Virus record (IMG/VR): IMGVR_UViG_3300027743_000025
Span: 22,174-86,173 of that record
DNA from: a virus
Reading direction: 5' to 3' (one strand)
DNA: 64,000 bases
In this document: in pieces, positions 27,726 through 37,286 of the stretch
Position numbering within the stretch: position 1 is the stretch's first letter
Layout of the letters: each line of letters starts with the position of its first letter
Position numbers and translations under genes: made by a program
The notes under the pieces: generated by a model
Seen by the model: the letters and a program-made list of their open reading frames with translations, nothing else
Database searches by the model: none
What the model was told of the DNA's origin: nothing

Positions 27726-28024
27726 TCACCTCATCCGTCTTCCCCAAAGGTGCGGCGGGACGTTCTGTAGATCTTCAATAATCTCAGCCTGATCGCTGCT
27801 TGCTGTCTTCTCTAGTCTGGCCATCTCTGTCCAGAATCTCTCTTTGCGTTCTGCTATCTCCGGACCATCAACGAACTTTTTCTCCAGCCAGTGCTCTACT
27901 ACTGAGAAAGCGCGGGCTGCGTCGAGCGTGAGTAGGTCAAGACCTCGGGAGAGGCACCATCCGTCGAGTTGCTTCCATCGGAGGTTGCCTGTGACGTAGA
28001 TTCCGAGGTCTCTCCAGTAGGGCG
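27726..28024 (-). CDS. tail assembly chaperone, post-frameshift (-1) portion
   Basis: Open -1 frame lacking an early start codon: PYWRDLG...WKQLDGWCLSRGLDLLTL...GRRMR. Confidence 0.65.
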
Positions 28025-28318
28025 GGCCGTGTAGACCTCCGAGAGCCAGTTGATGATTTCCATCAACGTGCTAAGAGGGATAGCTTTGTTAGGATCGTTG
28101 ATCATCTCGTTGAAAAGATCTAGAGAATCCGGTTCGAGAGCAGTAGCAAAGAACATCCGGATAGTCTTGATAGAAGACTCAGACTCGTCTTCACTGTTAG
28201 CGCCGATAGCGAGAATCACCCCCGCTGCCATTCTCGGCCGGCAGTAGAACTTCACCCCTTCAAGATCGAAAGACACAGGGTCCTTAGCCTGTGCCACTGC
28301 GAACACTTTGTGCGCCAT
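27899..28318 (-). CDS. tail assembly chaperone
   Basis: Directly upstream of tape measure; WL.EVY.ARPT motif. Confidence 0.8.
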   Translation of the reverse strand: MAHKVFAVAQAKDPVSFDLEGVKFYCRPRMAAGVILAIGANSEDESESSIKTIRMFFATALEPDSLDLFNEMINDPNKAIPLSTLMEIINWLSEVYTARPTGETSESTSQATSDGSNSTDGASPEVLTYSRSTQPALSQ

Positions 28319-28328
28319 CTCATCTCCA

Positions 28329-28541
28329 TCAATCTTCTGTATCCGGGTAGTGCCACGAACCCACCCGGTGCTTGTTGGTGTCGTACGGACTCTTCGTAGA
28401 GAAGAACATGTTGTCCGACCGGCTCACTGCCAGGTCAGCAATCTTGTCGTCCCCGTACAGTCGGGAGATCACTGCCGCGCGGCAGTAGGTGACCTCATAC
28501 TCGAAGTCGCGCTCTACGTAGTGGACCTCTTGGCCGTTCAT
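28329..28541 (-). CDS. hypothetical protein
   Basis: GAGAGGGG RBS; fills the gap in the tail operon. Confidence 0.55.
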   Translation of the reverse strand: MNGQEVHYVERDFEYEVTYCRAAVISRLYGDDKIADLAVSRSDNMFFSTKSPYDTNKHRVGSWHYPDTED

Positions 28542-28542
28542 G

Positions 28543-28968
28543 TCAACCGCCCCTCTCCCACATCCCCAGCGCCCGCCGGAACCCGCGCTCCACGTAGTGG
28601 ACCGCCGGGTTACCGGGGTGGCTGACCTTGGAGAAGTAGACGACCGCGCCGACCTTGGCCCAGTAGAACTTGAGTCTGGCGTTGGGGTTAGGGCTGCGCG
28701 GTCGGATCACGTGTGCCCGGCCACCCTGATCCTGAGCCGCCGAGTAGCCAACGCTGGCCCCTGCATCAAAATAGATGCCGGACTGCGTGCGACCTTTCTT
28801 ATAGCTCATGCTTTTGGCTAGGCCGCCGTGCCGTTTCGGGGCCATGCCAGCCATCCGAAAGACTGACTCCTTGGCCAGCCGCTCGAAGCGCCGGCCGACC
28901 TCGCCCTGCCATCCCAGGAACGCGCGTAGCGCCGGCTGATCTAGGACCACCCACACGTCTTTGGCCAT
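28543..28968 (-). CDS. HK97 gp10-like tail completion protein
   Basis: APKRHGGL..S, G.RAHVIRP, L.F, V.HPG. Confidence 0.75.
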   Translation of the reverse strand: MAKDVWVVLDQPALRAFLGWQGEVGRRFERLAKESVFRMAGMAPKRHGGLAKSMSYKKGRTQSGIYFDAGASVGYSAAQDQGGRAHVIRPRSPNPNARLKFYWAKVGAVVYFSKVSHPGNPAVHYVERGFRRALGMWERGG

Positions 28969-28969
28969 G

Positions 28970-29494
28970 TCACACCGCCCCGGCTGCTGGCAGGTTGAGT
29001 ATCAGCTCCACCGTCTGGAGGCCACCCTGAGGCGCATGCGTGATGACCTGCAACTCCGGGCCGATCTCGCCAACGGTTGACACGACGCACAGCATGGCCT
29101 CCGCGTCGGCTGAGGAGATCTGAGCCGCCTCGCGCTGCTTGGCCACGGGGGGTGTGCCGCCGTTCTTGGTCGGGACGGCCGGTGTGCAGCGGGTCACCAG
29201 ACAGCTGAAGTTGGCCAGCCAGCGGAAGGCGTCGCACATGATCGTGCCATCCCACACGGGGGTCGGCACCCAGCCGGAGAAGACGACGGCCGCCTGCTCG
29301 CAGTCCTGCACGATGGGCGACATGTAGACGATCTTGCGCTCCGGGAGTGTGAGCCCACGCCCGAGGAAGCAGGTCTCCATCCTGGCCAGCAGCGCGTCAG
29401 CCATCCCGTAAAGCGTGTCCGGGAACGGGGTTTGGATGGCCTCGTTGAGGTTCACAAAGTCGCCTGTGCGGCGATAGACCGGTGGGGTGGTCAT
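28970..29494 (-). CDS. tail terminator-like protein
   Basis: DCEQ, VTRC.P, PQGG motifs; synteny. Confidence 0.65.
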   Translation of the reverse strand: MTTPPVYRRTGDFVNLNEAIQTPFPDTLYGMADALLARMETCFLGRGLTLPERKIVYMSPIVQDCEQAAVVFSGWVPTPVWDGTIMCDAFRWLANFSCLVTRCTPAVPTKNGGTPPVAKQREAAQISSADAEAMLCVVSTVGEIGPELQVITHAPQGGLQTVELILNLPAAGAV

Positions 29495-30261
29495 AGCGGA
29501 TTCACCACCGGCGGAGGCTCAGCGAAGGTGGCCGTCCGCACGCAGACAGCCACGCCGGGAGGAGAGTCGGGGGTGTAGACGGCCGAAGGCCGCCGCGCCT
29601 TGTCCGGGTTAAACGGAGCCAGGAAAGAGTCAACCCGGGCCAGCCCGGTGAACCCCTTGTCCAGGAAGGTCTGCGGGTCGATGACCGTGTAGGAGATCCC
29701 CTCCCGGTTGACAGAGGTAACCCGATCAGGGAGCTGACACTCGTCGTCCCCGATGATCCCCAGATACAGCTCATGGGCGAAGATCAGGAGCGCCCGGCGG
29801 GCCGCCCTGGTGATGGTTGACCCGAACCGGTAGGCCATCTTGACCATGAACGTCTCGCGTGGCTCACAGCCGCACGCGCCCATCATCCAGCCCAGATTGC
29901 AGTGCTTCTCATTGAAGTAGACATCCTGCCCGACCAGGCAGGGAGTCCAGGGGAGCGGCACCGTGGGATCTCCGTCTGTGCCGCATACCCAGTAGACGCC
30001 GGTCACCTCGCGCAGTGGCCGGAAGGTCGGTGTCAACCGGTGCACCCGAGGCGTAGCCATGTAGTCCTCTTCAGCGCAGCCGGCCGGATGCAGCTTGAAG
30101 CCGGAGAGGCGCATGAGCACCTCTCCGGCTATAGCAATGGCCTCTGCGATGTCCTCGGCCTCGGCCGGCGTAGGGAAGATCTCCAAGTCCGGAGCAGGGA
30201 GTCGTGTCCCGTGCCAGACAGCGGCGATGACGGAAGGGTCCTTAGGGTCTACCCAGAGCAT
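29491..30261 (-). CDS. head-to-tail adaptor
   Basis: A.EVL.RLSG, C.LP.RVTSVNREGISY, TGL..VD.F. Confidence 0.8.
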   Translation of the reverse strand: MLWVDPKDPSVIAAVWHGTRLPAPDLEIFPTPAEAEDIAEAIAIAGEVLMRLSGFKLHPAGCAEEDYMATPRVHRLTPTFRPLREVTGVYWVCGTDGDPTVPLPWTPCLVGQDVYFNEKHCNLGWMMGACGCEPRETFMVKMAYRFGSTITRAARRALLIFAHELYLGIIGDDECQLPDRVTSVNREGISYTVIDPQTFLDKGFTGLARVDSFLAPFNPDKARRPSAVYTPDSPPGVAVCVRTATFAEPPPVVNPL

Positions 30262-30296
30262 TTCAGCCCTCCCGTCATCGCCATCAACCTGCTGCC

Positions 30297-31949
30297 TTAC
30301 ATGTTGCTGGTGCCGCGCCTCGCCCTACTCGTGCTAGGCGTAGTTCCCGTGGCCGGCGTGGGCGGCGTGCTGCTGCCCGTGTTCGGCGGGATCTCGTCAT
30401 TGCTCGGACCAGGGTTGACCGGGCCAGTGCTAGGCGCCGGAGTCGGCTCCAGCGTCAGGCCAGGCTCCGGGGCCGGAGTCTCCGTGCCACCACCGCCGGT
30501 CGTCGGCGTCGGAGGGGGAGGCGTAGTAGGCTCGCCGCCGCCGGAAGTAGGTCCGGCTTCCGGACCTTCCTCGCCGCCGGCCGCCTGTGCCCCGAAAGCC
30601 GCCGTTCCAGGTGCCCAAGCTGTGCCCGTCCAGTTGAAGTCGAACGTTCCGACCGTGAACGTCTGGCCAGTGGTCCACGCAGCCGGCAGAGCAGGGGCGT
30701 ACCCGAGCCCGGACAGCTTGTCCGCGTTGGTCTGGTCAGATGCCGTGATCGTCGTTTCGGCACTGAACGTGTCGCTAGGTTCGACAGCTTCCTTGACCGG
30801 GCCGGCGTACAAGACCCAAGTGCTGCCATTCCAAGAGACCTGGTCGGTAGTCAGCTGCGCATACTGGTCAGCCAACCACTGAGTGGTCGGGTTGGCCGTG
30901 ACAGCCGGCACCATGGCCAGCAGCTCCGCCAACGTGTCCGGAACTGCCGCGTTTGCCGGGACCTTCGTGGCCGGGCGACCGGCGTTGAAGGCTGTCAGAA
31001 CTGGCGGAACTGCGCCAGCTACCCAAGCAGTGCCATCCCAATGTGCCTGCGAACCATCGGCAAGAAGCACGTACTGGCCAGCAGTCCACGGAGCACTGTT
31101 GCCCAGCGGGCCGAGAGCCTGAAGGGCTGCCAGATCCGCCGGCCGCGTTGCATTGACCGGAGACAGCGTTGCCGGCGTGCCAGCCACGATCGCGACGACC
31201 GGGATACCGAGGTTAGCGAAGCAACCACGGAGCCCTACCGGAGCGTTCGTAGCCCGCGCGTAGGCATACACACGGTCCGCGTACTGCGGAAACTTCCAGT
31301 CAAATGCTCCAGACACGGGAGCCGGGGAAACTCCAGCAAGGTCCAGGTTCGGGCCAGTGCCGTAGTTCATGTTTCCCGTACCTACTCCAGTGAAGACAGT
31401 AGCCAGATTCCCGTTCTCGACTACCCGGTCCCCATCAAGCCGGAGCTTGACCGAGGGGAAGAGGTAATCCCAGTAGGGGCACTGATTAGCTGATTTTCCG
31501 TTGACGATCGCAGATGCCCAGACGCGAAGGGCAACCCCGTTTGGGTTAGCCTCCACACCAGTTTTCTCGGCTGCGTAGCCAACCGCGTGGAGGTCATCAG
31601 GCAAAGCACCGGGGAGCGGGCAAAGCGCCCCGGTGCTGTCCACAATGACCTCTCCACCGACCAGCATCTGGGTGAGCACCGGGTCCGGGTCACACAGCTC
31701 AAGGCCGATAGTCGTGTTCTTCAGGGTGTCAGGAAGCTTGTACGTGACGCAGATTTCACCAGCTGCGTTGATGATCTCGATCTCATCGCCCTCGACGTAC
31801 ACGGGGGTGAACGTGAAGGAGATATAGCCACCGGTCAAGTAATTGTCACACTCGCTACCCGACAGGGGAGCACCGTCCGGTCCGAGTCGCGTCGCCATAA
31901 GCGCTACGCCACGGACTGAAGCGGCATTGTCCTGTGTGTACTTAGCCAC
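30297..31949 (-). CDS. major tail protein with three C-terminal W-x-G-x-x-W repeats and Pro/Thr-rich tail
   Basis: ATRL...G, EGDEIE..NAAGEICV, C.PDP, ENG motifs. Confidence 0.85.
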   Translation of the reverse strand: MAKYTQDNAASVRGVALMATRLGPDGAPLSGSECDNYLTGGYISFTFTPVYVEGDEIEIINAAGEICVTYKLPDTLKNTTIGLELCDPDPVLTQMLVGGEVIVDSTGALCPLPGALPDDLHAVGYAAEKTGVEANPNGVALRVWASAIVNGKSANQCPYWDYLFPSVKLRLDGDRVVENGNLATVFTGVGTGNMNYGTGPNLDLAGVSPAPVSGAFDWKFPQYADRVYAYARATNAPVGLRGCFANLGIPVVAIVAGTPATLSPVNATRPADLAALQALGPLGNSAPWTAGQYVLLADGSQAHWDGTAWVAGAVPPVLTAFNAGRPATKVPANAAVPDTLAELLAMVPAVTANPTTQWLADQYAQLTTDQVSWNGSTWVLYAGPVKEAVEPSDTFSAETTITASDQTNADKLSGLGYAPALPAAWTTGQTFTVGTFDFNWTGTAWAPGTAAFGAQAAGGEEGPEAGPTSGGGEPTTPPPPTPTTGGGGTETPAPEPGLTLEPTPAPSTGPVNPGPSNDEIPPNTGSSTPPTPATGTTPSTSRARRGTSNM

Positions 31950-31991
31950 TTCACTCTCCTTGTCTCGTCACCGTCGCTGACTGCCGACCGG

Positions 31992-33635
31992 TTACGGGCA
32001 GCAGTACCCGGTGTCATCGAGCGGAGAAGTGATCCACAGTGGCAAGCCCCCGACGCTGGCCACGCTCTCGAAGATCTCGGAGAACTGCATGTAGTCGTTC
32101 GTCCGGACCAGCGCTGAATCCCGGATCAGACCGAGGTCCAGTGTGCCGCCGTCGAGCAGGAGCAGAGATCCCTCAGGGAAGAGAGCCCACTGAACCTGGC
32201 TCGGGAAGTCCGGCAGAGGCACCGGGGTTGCCAGGGTTGCCTCATCGAAGGGAACGTAGAACCCGCCCGGAGGAGCCGTTGTAGCCGCGCCGCCCGCGTC
32301 GGCCGCCGGCAGGGAAGCGGTCGGCATCCAGGTGTCCAGGGACCACGTCACCGTGATGCCCAGCTCATTGAGGATGCTGTTCAGCTCCGCCTCGGACATC
32401 CCGTAGTTGTCGGGAAGCCGGGCCGTCGAGTTCTCGGCCGTGACGCTGTCAGAGATCATCAGGTCGCGGAACCATGACGGGATGATCGCATGCAGCCGCT
32501 CGTTGTTGACCAGCCGGTTGACATCCCGCAGGTAAGCCGCCGCCCGGTGGATGGTCCGGATGAAGTCCCGGATCGCGCCGTACGCCATGGCCGGGCCGGT
32601 GACCAGCTTGGAGAGCGCCTTGATCTGCGAGAGCAGCACCGCCTCAGCGAACCGCGCCTGCTGAACCCGAAGCATCTCCGTGTTGGCCGTGACCATCTCC
32701 GGGAAGATCCGAGACTGGAGCACGCCGAACTTGATACACATCGTGATGGCCTGAACCTCGGCCGTCTGCTCCGGCGGGCAATCCGCCCGGATGCAGACCT
32801 TCCAGGTCAACTCGTCGGCCGGATCGACCGCTTCGTCGTCGTCACAGGTCCAGACAGCCACGCCGCCGGTCACGTCCGCGAGCTTTGGACCCTTGAAGTA
32901 CCGGATGCCACCACGGTCAGCTTGGAAGCCGGGAAGCGCGCCGCGCACCGGCCGGTCCGTGTCGCCGATCGTGTAGAGGTCGTAACGGGTCTCCAGCGGA
33001 GCACAGCAGCCGCCGGCCGCCACGATGGCTGCCTGGTTGGTCACGGCCTCGATCTTGGCCTTGTTCCCTTCCAGGTCACCCTGGTAGAGGATCCGGTCTT
33101 CCGGCGCCTTGGTCTTGATGGAAGCCACCACGACCTTCTCGCCATTGCCGCCGCTCAGGCCGTGGAGGGTGCGGATGCGCTTCGTGAAGGCGTCCGCGAA
33201 GTCCTTCAGGGTCGGAATTACAGTTCCAGCCGAGTAACCCGGGATGTCAGCGCCAGCGACCACGGAGGTCGTGGGCGCCGCCGTAACCGGCTCACGGTCA
33301 CGCGGCACGGTCAGAGCGCCGCCTGCTGTCTGCTGCTCCACCGGGTCACCTTCCTTAGCTTCGTCGTTGTTGTCTTCAGCAGCTGCGACCAGCTGCGGTT
33401 CCATAGCGGCTGGCACCGGAGTCTCAGCAGCCGGGGCCGCTTCGCTTCCGCCATTTGAGCGCTTCTCCAGCTCACTAGACACCTGGTCCAGCGCGTCAGC
33501 GAGAGCAGCCATGCGCACGTCGTCGGCCGCCTGATCGGCAGCGTCGAATGCCGCTGTGATGTCTGCCTGAAGGCTCGCGAGTTCTTCGTCAGTGAGGTTG
33601 GCGATATCTGCGAGCTTCTGAGCGAACTCGTCCAT
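31992..33635 (-). CDS. major capsid (hexamer) protein with N-terminal scaffold segment
   Basis: AAGGCCAPLETRYDL, LP.FQADRGGI, GGTLDLGL.RDS..V.TNDY..F.E; AAGGAGG RBS. Confidence 0.9.
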   Translation of the reverse strand: MDEFAQKLADIANLTDEELASLQADITAAFDAADQAADDVRMAALADALDQVSSELEKRSNGGSEAAPAAETPVPAAMEPQLVAAAEDNNDEAKEGDPVEQQTAGGALTVPRDREPVTAAPTTSVVAGADIPGYSAGTVIPTLKDFADAFTKRIRTLHGLSGGNGEKVVVASIKTKAPEDRILYQGDLEGNKAKIEAVTNQAAIVAAGGCCAPLETRYDLYTIGDTDRPVRGALPGFQADRGGIRYFKGPKLADVTGGVAVWTCDDDEAVDPADELTWKVCIRADCPPEQTAEVQAITMCIKFGVLQSRIFPEMVTANTEMLRVQQARFAEAVLLSQIKALSKLVTGPAMAYGAIRDFIRTIHRAAAYLRDVNRLVNNERLHAIIPSWFRDLMISDSVTAENSTARLPDNYGMSEAELNSILNELGITVTWSLDTWMPTASLPAADAGGAATTAPPGGFYVPFDEATLATPVPLPDFPSQVQWALFPEGSLLLLDGGTLDLGLIRDSALVRTNDYMQFSEIFESVASVGGLPLWITSPLDDTGYCCP

Positions 33636-33782
33636 GAGTCTGTTCCCTCCTTCTTTGGGCACACCTCAGTCAATAGCTGAAGAGTTACGCCCGGTTGGGT
33701 AGGAAAGGTCACTACCCGGATGGAGGGTCACTCGATACCCACAGAGTATGACACAGCGATCTGGGTCACAAGCCACACCCAC

Positions 33783-33813
33783 AGTTGACAGTGGTTGACC
33801 TGCTGTGTATAGT
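33783..33813 (+). promoter_or_regulatory. near-consensus promoter with tandem boxes
   Basis: TTGACA(33785)-17-TATAGT(33808); GTTGACC at 33794. Confidence 0.85.
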
Positions 33814-33854
33814 TGCCCTTGTACCGCTCACCACTACCACCCAGAGGAGTTCCC

Positions 33855-34166
33855 ATGAGTGAGAACAAGATCAACCTAGAGCCCATCCCCACCCAGCTGG
33901 ACACCAAGCCCCGCCACCGGATCTACTTCCGCCTCTTCTCCGCTGCCCAGCGTCTCGTCGGCGTGCCCGGCATGTCCCCGGCTCAGCGGATCGAAAACCT
34001 TGAGGTCATCCGGGAGAGCCTGCTGGATGCACTCGCAATGCTGGAGATCGACATCTCTACCCGCAAGGCTTTGGTTGACATTGAGGCAAACTTCCACACC
34101 ACTGCGGAGGAGCCCACCCAGACTGTTGAGGTTGAGGAGACCGATACCCCCGAGTGCCCCGAGTAA
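33855..34166 (+). CDS. hypothetical protein
   Basis: AGAGGAG RBS; own promoter and terminator. Confidence 0.8.
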   Translation: MSENKINLEPIPTQLDTKPRHRIYFRLFSAAQRLVGVPGMSPAQRIENLEVIRESLLDALAMLEIDISTRKALVDIEANFHTTAEEPTQTVEVEETDTPECPE

Positions 34167-34176
34167 TCCTCAGCAG

Positions 34177-34217
34177 GAGCGCCCACCGACTTAGGTCTGG
34201 TGGGCGCTTCGCTTATT
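34177..34217 (+). terminator. intrinsic terminator
   Basis: GAGCGCCCACC-GAC/TTAG/GTC-T-GGTGGGCGCTTC then GCTTATT. Confidence 0.7.
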
Positions 34218-34253
34218 GCTAGCCTACCCCTAAGGTGAGGTGGGAGGTTAGCG

Positions 34254-34562
34254 ATGAGACTGAAGTTGCTGTTGGTGGCACTGCCTATACTGCTGCTGGC
34301 CAACTGCGCAGCACCGGCTCAGACCTGGTCTTTCAAGATGCCCAACCTGGTGGGCCAGGATCTGCTTAAGGCCAAGGGTCGGTTGACACAGCTGGGATTC
34401 CCCATCGAGAACATCTCGGTATACGCAGGAGACTCAGTCCACGATCTTGGTGTGGAGTCTCGATGGGTAGTGGAAACACAAGAACCACCGCCCGGGACGG
34501 TGGTTCCTGTGTGCGAGGAATGCTACGTAAGCCTGATCATCATTCCACTGCTGGCGGAGTGA
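34254..34562 (+). CDS. PASTA-domain lipoprotein
   Basis: Signal peptide with lipobox LANC; MPNLVG...L..LG...WVVETQEP.PG. Confidence 0.75.
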   Translation: MRLKLLLVALPILLLANCAAPAQTWSFKMPNLVGQDLLKAKGRLTQLGFPIENISVYAGDSVHDLGVESRWVVETQEPPPGTVVPVCEECYVSLIIIPLLAE

Positions 34563-37286
34563 CTACTTGAACGGGGACACGATCTCGTCGTCCTTGAACT
34601 TCTTGGCCGCCTTGCTGTACAGGCCATTGATCTTAGACTGGATAGTGGCCCGGTCAGCCTGCGGAATGCTGGCCCCGCCCCGTGCACCCTTCAGCGCTGC
34701 TGCTGCCGCTGCGAGCCCGGAGTAAACGATCTGGAGCTTCCCGTTGACCACGTCAGCGATGGGGAGCTTCCACGATCCCTTGTTGTTCGGGTCAGCTTTG
34801 CTGTCGTGGTAGAGGAATCCCTGCGCCAGCTGCCCCGTGTCATAAGTGCCGTCCGACTTCTTGGCCCTAGCGAACATGCGGTTAGCTGCTGCTGCCCCAT
34901 CCCACGACCGACCCCTATCAGCAAAAGGGAGCCCTGAATCACCCCCCGCTGCCGCCGTGACCGGGTGAACCCGGTCGCGCAGCTTCTGGATCCTCAGCTG
35001 CTTCGCGGCCTCCCGCGCCCGCTGCACAGCCTCCGACGCCGGCTGTTCCACGGGAATGGCCGGCTCAGCCTCAGCCTCTTCTTGCTCGGCCTCCGGTTCG
35101 GCCTCCGGGGAAATGATCTCGACTTCGTCTGTCTCAGGGAGCTGCTCCGGCTCGGCCTCCACTGCTGCCGTTTCAGGCTCCTCCGTGAAGAGAGCCGTCT
35201 CCACAGCGGCCAGCCGCTCCAGCACGGCCGCGTCCGCCGTCATGCTGGCCTTGAGCACCGCGAGGGACCGCGCGCCGGCCGCCACCAGTGCGGTAACCGC
35301 GCCACTCGCGACCCTGGCCCGAGCGATCGGGAAGCCCGGCACGTTGACCTGGCAGACCGCGACCAGCTCCAGCGAGCCGTTGATGGGCCGCCAGTCCCCC
35401 GATGGGGCCGACGCGCGGAGCGAGCGGACCTGCTCAGGCTTGATGTCCGGCCGGAGCGCGCCGGCCACCCAGATCCCGAACTTGTCCTCCCCTACCACCA
35501 CGTCAGCGACCGCGCTGGCCGTGTTGTCGTAGTGGGCCACGGCGTGCCCAGCGTCCGCATTGAGCGGCGCGTGGCCGCCGGCCAGGGTCAGCTGGCCCAC
35601 GTTCACGTCCTTGCCGCTGGCCGTGCGCAGGGTGCCGGTGGTGAAGTAGCTGTAGTTAGACCGGGAGCGCGGCGGCTTGACGCTGCCGGGGAGCCCGATG
35701 TGCGCCTGGTGCCAGTCCGCGATGTGGCCGAAGACTCGGCCGCTGTCGTCGTGGGTCAGCGGTGTCAACCGCTCCAGACCGGGGTTGGCGAACCACTCGT
35801 CCGGGGGTGCCACCGGGAACCCGCCGGCCAGGACGGCGCGCACCAGGCCCACGTCGTCCAGTGCTTCTGTGTAGATGCCGTCCTTCAGCATGTCGACATT
35901 CCTTCCGTGATGATCACTCCATGCGCCGGCCACCAGGGCGGACAGCAGCGCCTGTTCGGTTGACATGGCCGATGCAGCATGGCCCCGGTTCCGGCCTCGG
36001 CCCGGCCACTTGCCCAGCACCCTCTTGTGAAGGTTCGCGCAGTAGCCCTCAGCCCGGCCGGGCATGTACTTGTTGAGCTGGTGGACGCACCGCTTGAAGT
36101 CTCCCGGAGCGCCCCACTTGATCTTGGCAGCACCCTTGCCCTCGGCCCAGTAGCGCCGGAGCTTCTCGGCCCGGGGGTCGGGGGAGACCGCTGCCGTGAC
36201 CCCGTCTATCTGCGCGATCACGTCAGACAGGGCCGGGTCATCCAGCTCTACCAGCGGCGGGGGGTTTACACCCTCCAGCTGCGCCAACAGCTCGGGGTCA
36301 TCGACCCATGACTTCTGGTCATAGCGCTGGACTTTCGGCCCCGGCTGGAGCCGGATCAGTGCGATCACCGCGCCGGGGTCCAGGTCATCGACCACAGCGA
36401 AGGGGGTCCAGTCTTCCTCGGCCACCGTGTCAACCGCTGCTGACAGCGGTGAGGCCATCCGGCTGATCCGGGAGCTGATCTTCTCTTGATCAGTCTGCGG
36501 GATCTGGAGGCTGGGAAGCAGCTCGGCAGCAGCAGTGAGGCCAGCCGAGACGATCTGAAGCTCACCGTTGACCACATCAGTGAAAGGAAGGAGCCAGGCC
36601 GCCTGCGTCTGCGGGTCCGCGTCAGGATCTCGGTAGAGGAATCCCTGGCTGAGCTTGCCCGTGTCGTAGGACCCATCCGTCTTCCTGGCCCGCGAGAACA
36701 GCCGGTTGACAGCAGCATCCCCATCCCACTTCCGAGCGCGGTCGGCAAACGGAAGGGTGAGGTCGCCGTTCACGGAAGCCAGCAGCGACAGATCCTGGTG
36801 CCCGGAATGCCGGAAGGCTGAGGGAGCCAGCCACGCCTGAGGCGTGTAGCAGCGCAGGGCCAGGCCTTCCGCGCCGGACAGCAGGGCATCCGCGAGGTCC
36901 ACCGCGTCCGGCATGGTGAGCAGGATCAGTGGGTCAGAGCCCTCCCAAGGCTCCCAGGCGCCGGCCGCTGTCAGGGTCTCGTAGGATGCCTCTCCCACCC
37001 GACGCACCAGCTGCCGATAGAGCATGTCGTCGGCCGCGTCCGCCGTGGCGTAGAACCCGATATCCTCGCAGTCTGAGTCCGGGCACTCCAGCGTCTCGCG
37101 GGCCGGCCGGCTCAGAGCCGAGAGCGCTGACTCCAGCGTGTCGTCCGCCCACTTCCCGCTGTCACCCCCGGATGCCGAGAGCGCGAGGAGCTGCCACGCG
37201 GGCACCTCATGCTGGCTGACTTCGCCGCGCAGACGCCGGGGAACCGGGTAAGCCTTGTTATATCCACACATGACCAAAGATGTCAT
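34563..37286 (-). CDS. capsid maturation protease polyprotein
   Basis: PPDEWF.NP, GRVFGHIA.W, SGDWR, VNVPGFP; LRRYW...GDF.RC...G.CANLH domain; duplicated WD...KLP.ADV domain. Confidence 0.85.
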   Translation of the reverse strand: MTSLVMCGYNKAYPVPRRLRGEVSQHEVPAWQLLALSASGGDSGKWADDTLESALSALSRPARETLECPDSDCEDIGFYATADAADDMLYRQLVRRVGEASYETLTAAGAWEPWEGSDPLILLTMPDAVDLADALLSGAEGLALRCYTPQAWLAPSAFRHSGHQDLSLLASVNGDLTLPFADRARKWDGDAAVNRLFSRARKTDGSYDTGKLSQGFLYRDPDADPQTQAAWLLPFTDVVNGELQIVSAGLTAAAELLPSLQIPQTDQEKISSRISRMASPLSAAVDTVAEEDWTPFAVVDDLDPGAVIALIRLQPGPKVQRYDQKSWVDDPELLAQLEGVNPPPLVELDDPALSDVIAQIDGVTAAVSPDPRAEKLRRYWAEGKGAAKIKWGAPGDFKRCVHQLNKYMPGRAEGYCANLHKRVLGKWPGRGRNRGHAASAMSTEQALLSALVAGAWSDHHGRNVDMLKDGIYTEALDDVGLVRAVLAGGFPVAPPDEWFANPGLERLTPLTHDDSGRVFGHIADWHQAHIGLPGSVKPPRSRSNYSYFTTGTLRTASGKDVNVGQLTLAGGHAPLNADAGHAVAHYDNTASAVADVVVGEDKFGIWVAGALRPDIKPEQVRSLRASAPSGDWRPINGSLELVAVCQVNVPGFPIARARVASGAVTALVAAGARSLAVLKASMTADAAVLERLAAVETALFTEEPETAAVEAEPEQLPETDEVEIISPEAEPEAEQEEAEAEPAIPVEQPASEAVQRAREAAKQLRIQKLRDRVHPVTAAAGGDSGLPFADRGRSWDGAAAANRMFARAKKSDGTYDTGQLAQGFLYHDSKADPNNKGSWKLPIADVVNGKLQIVYSGLAAAAAALKGARGGASIPQADRATIQSKINGLYSKAAKKFKDDEIVSPFK

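Noticed and set aside
25358-28540. Apparent deserts of the GGTTGACA box (also 52771-55815, 56370-59188, 60056-63338)
   Set aside because: With mean spacing near 0.9 kb, a few 3-kb gaps are expected by chance; not claimed without a statistical test
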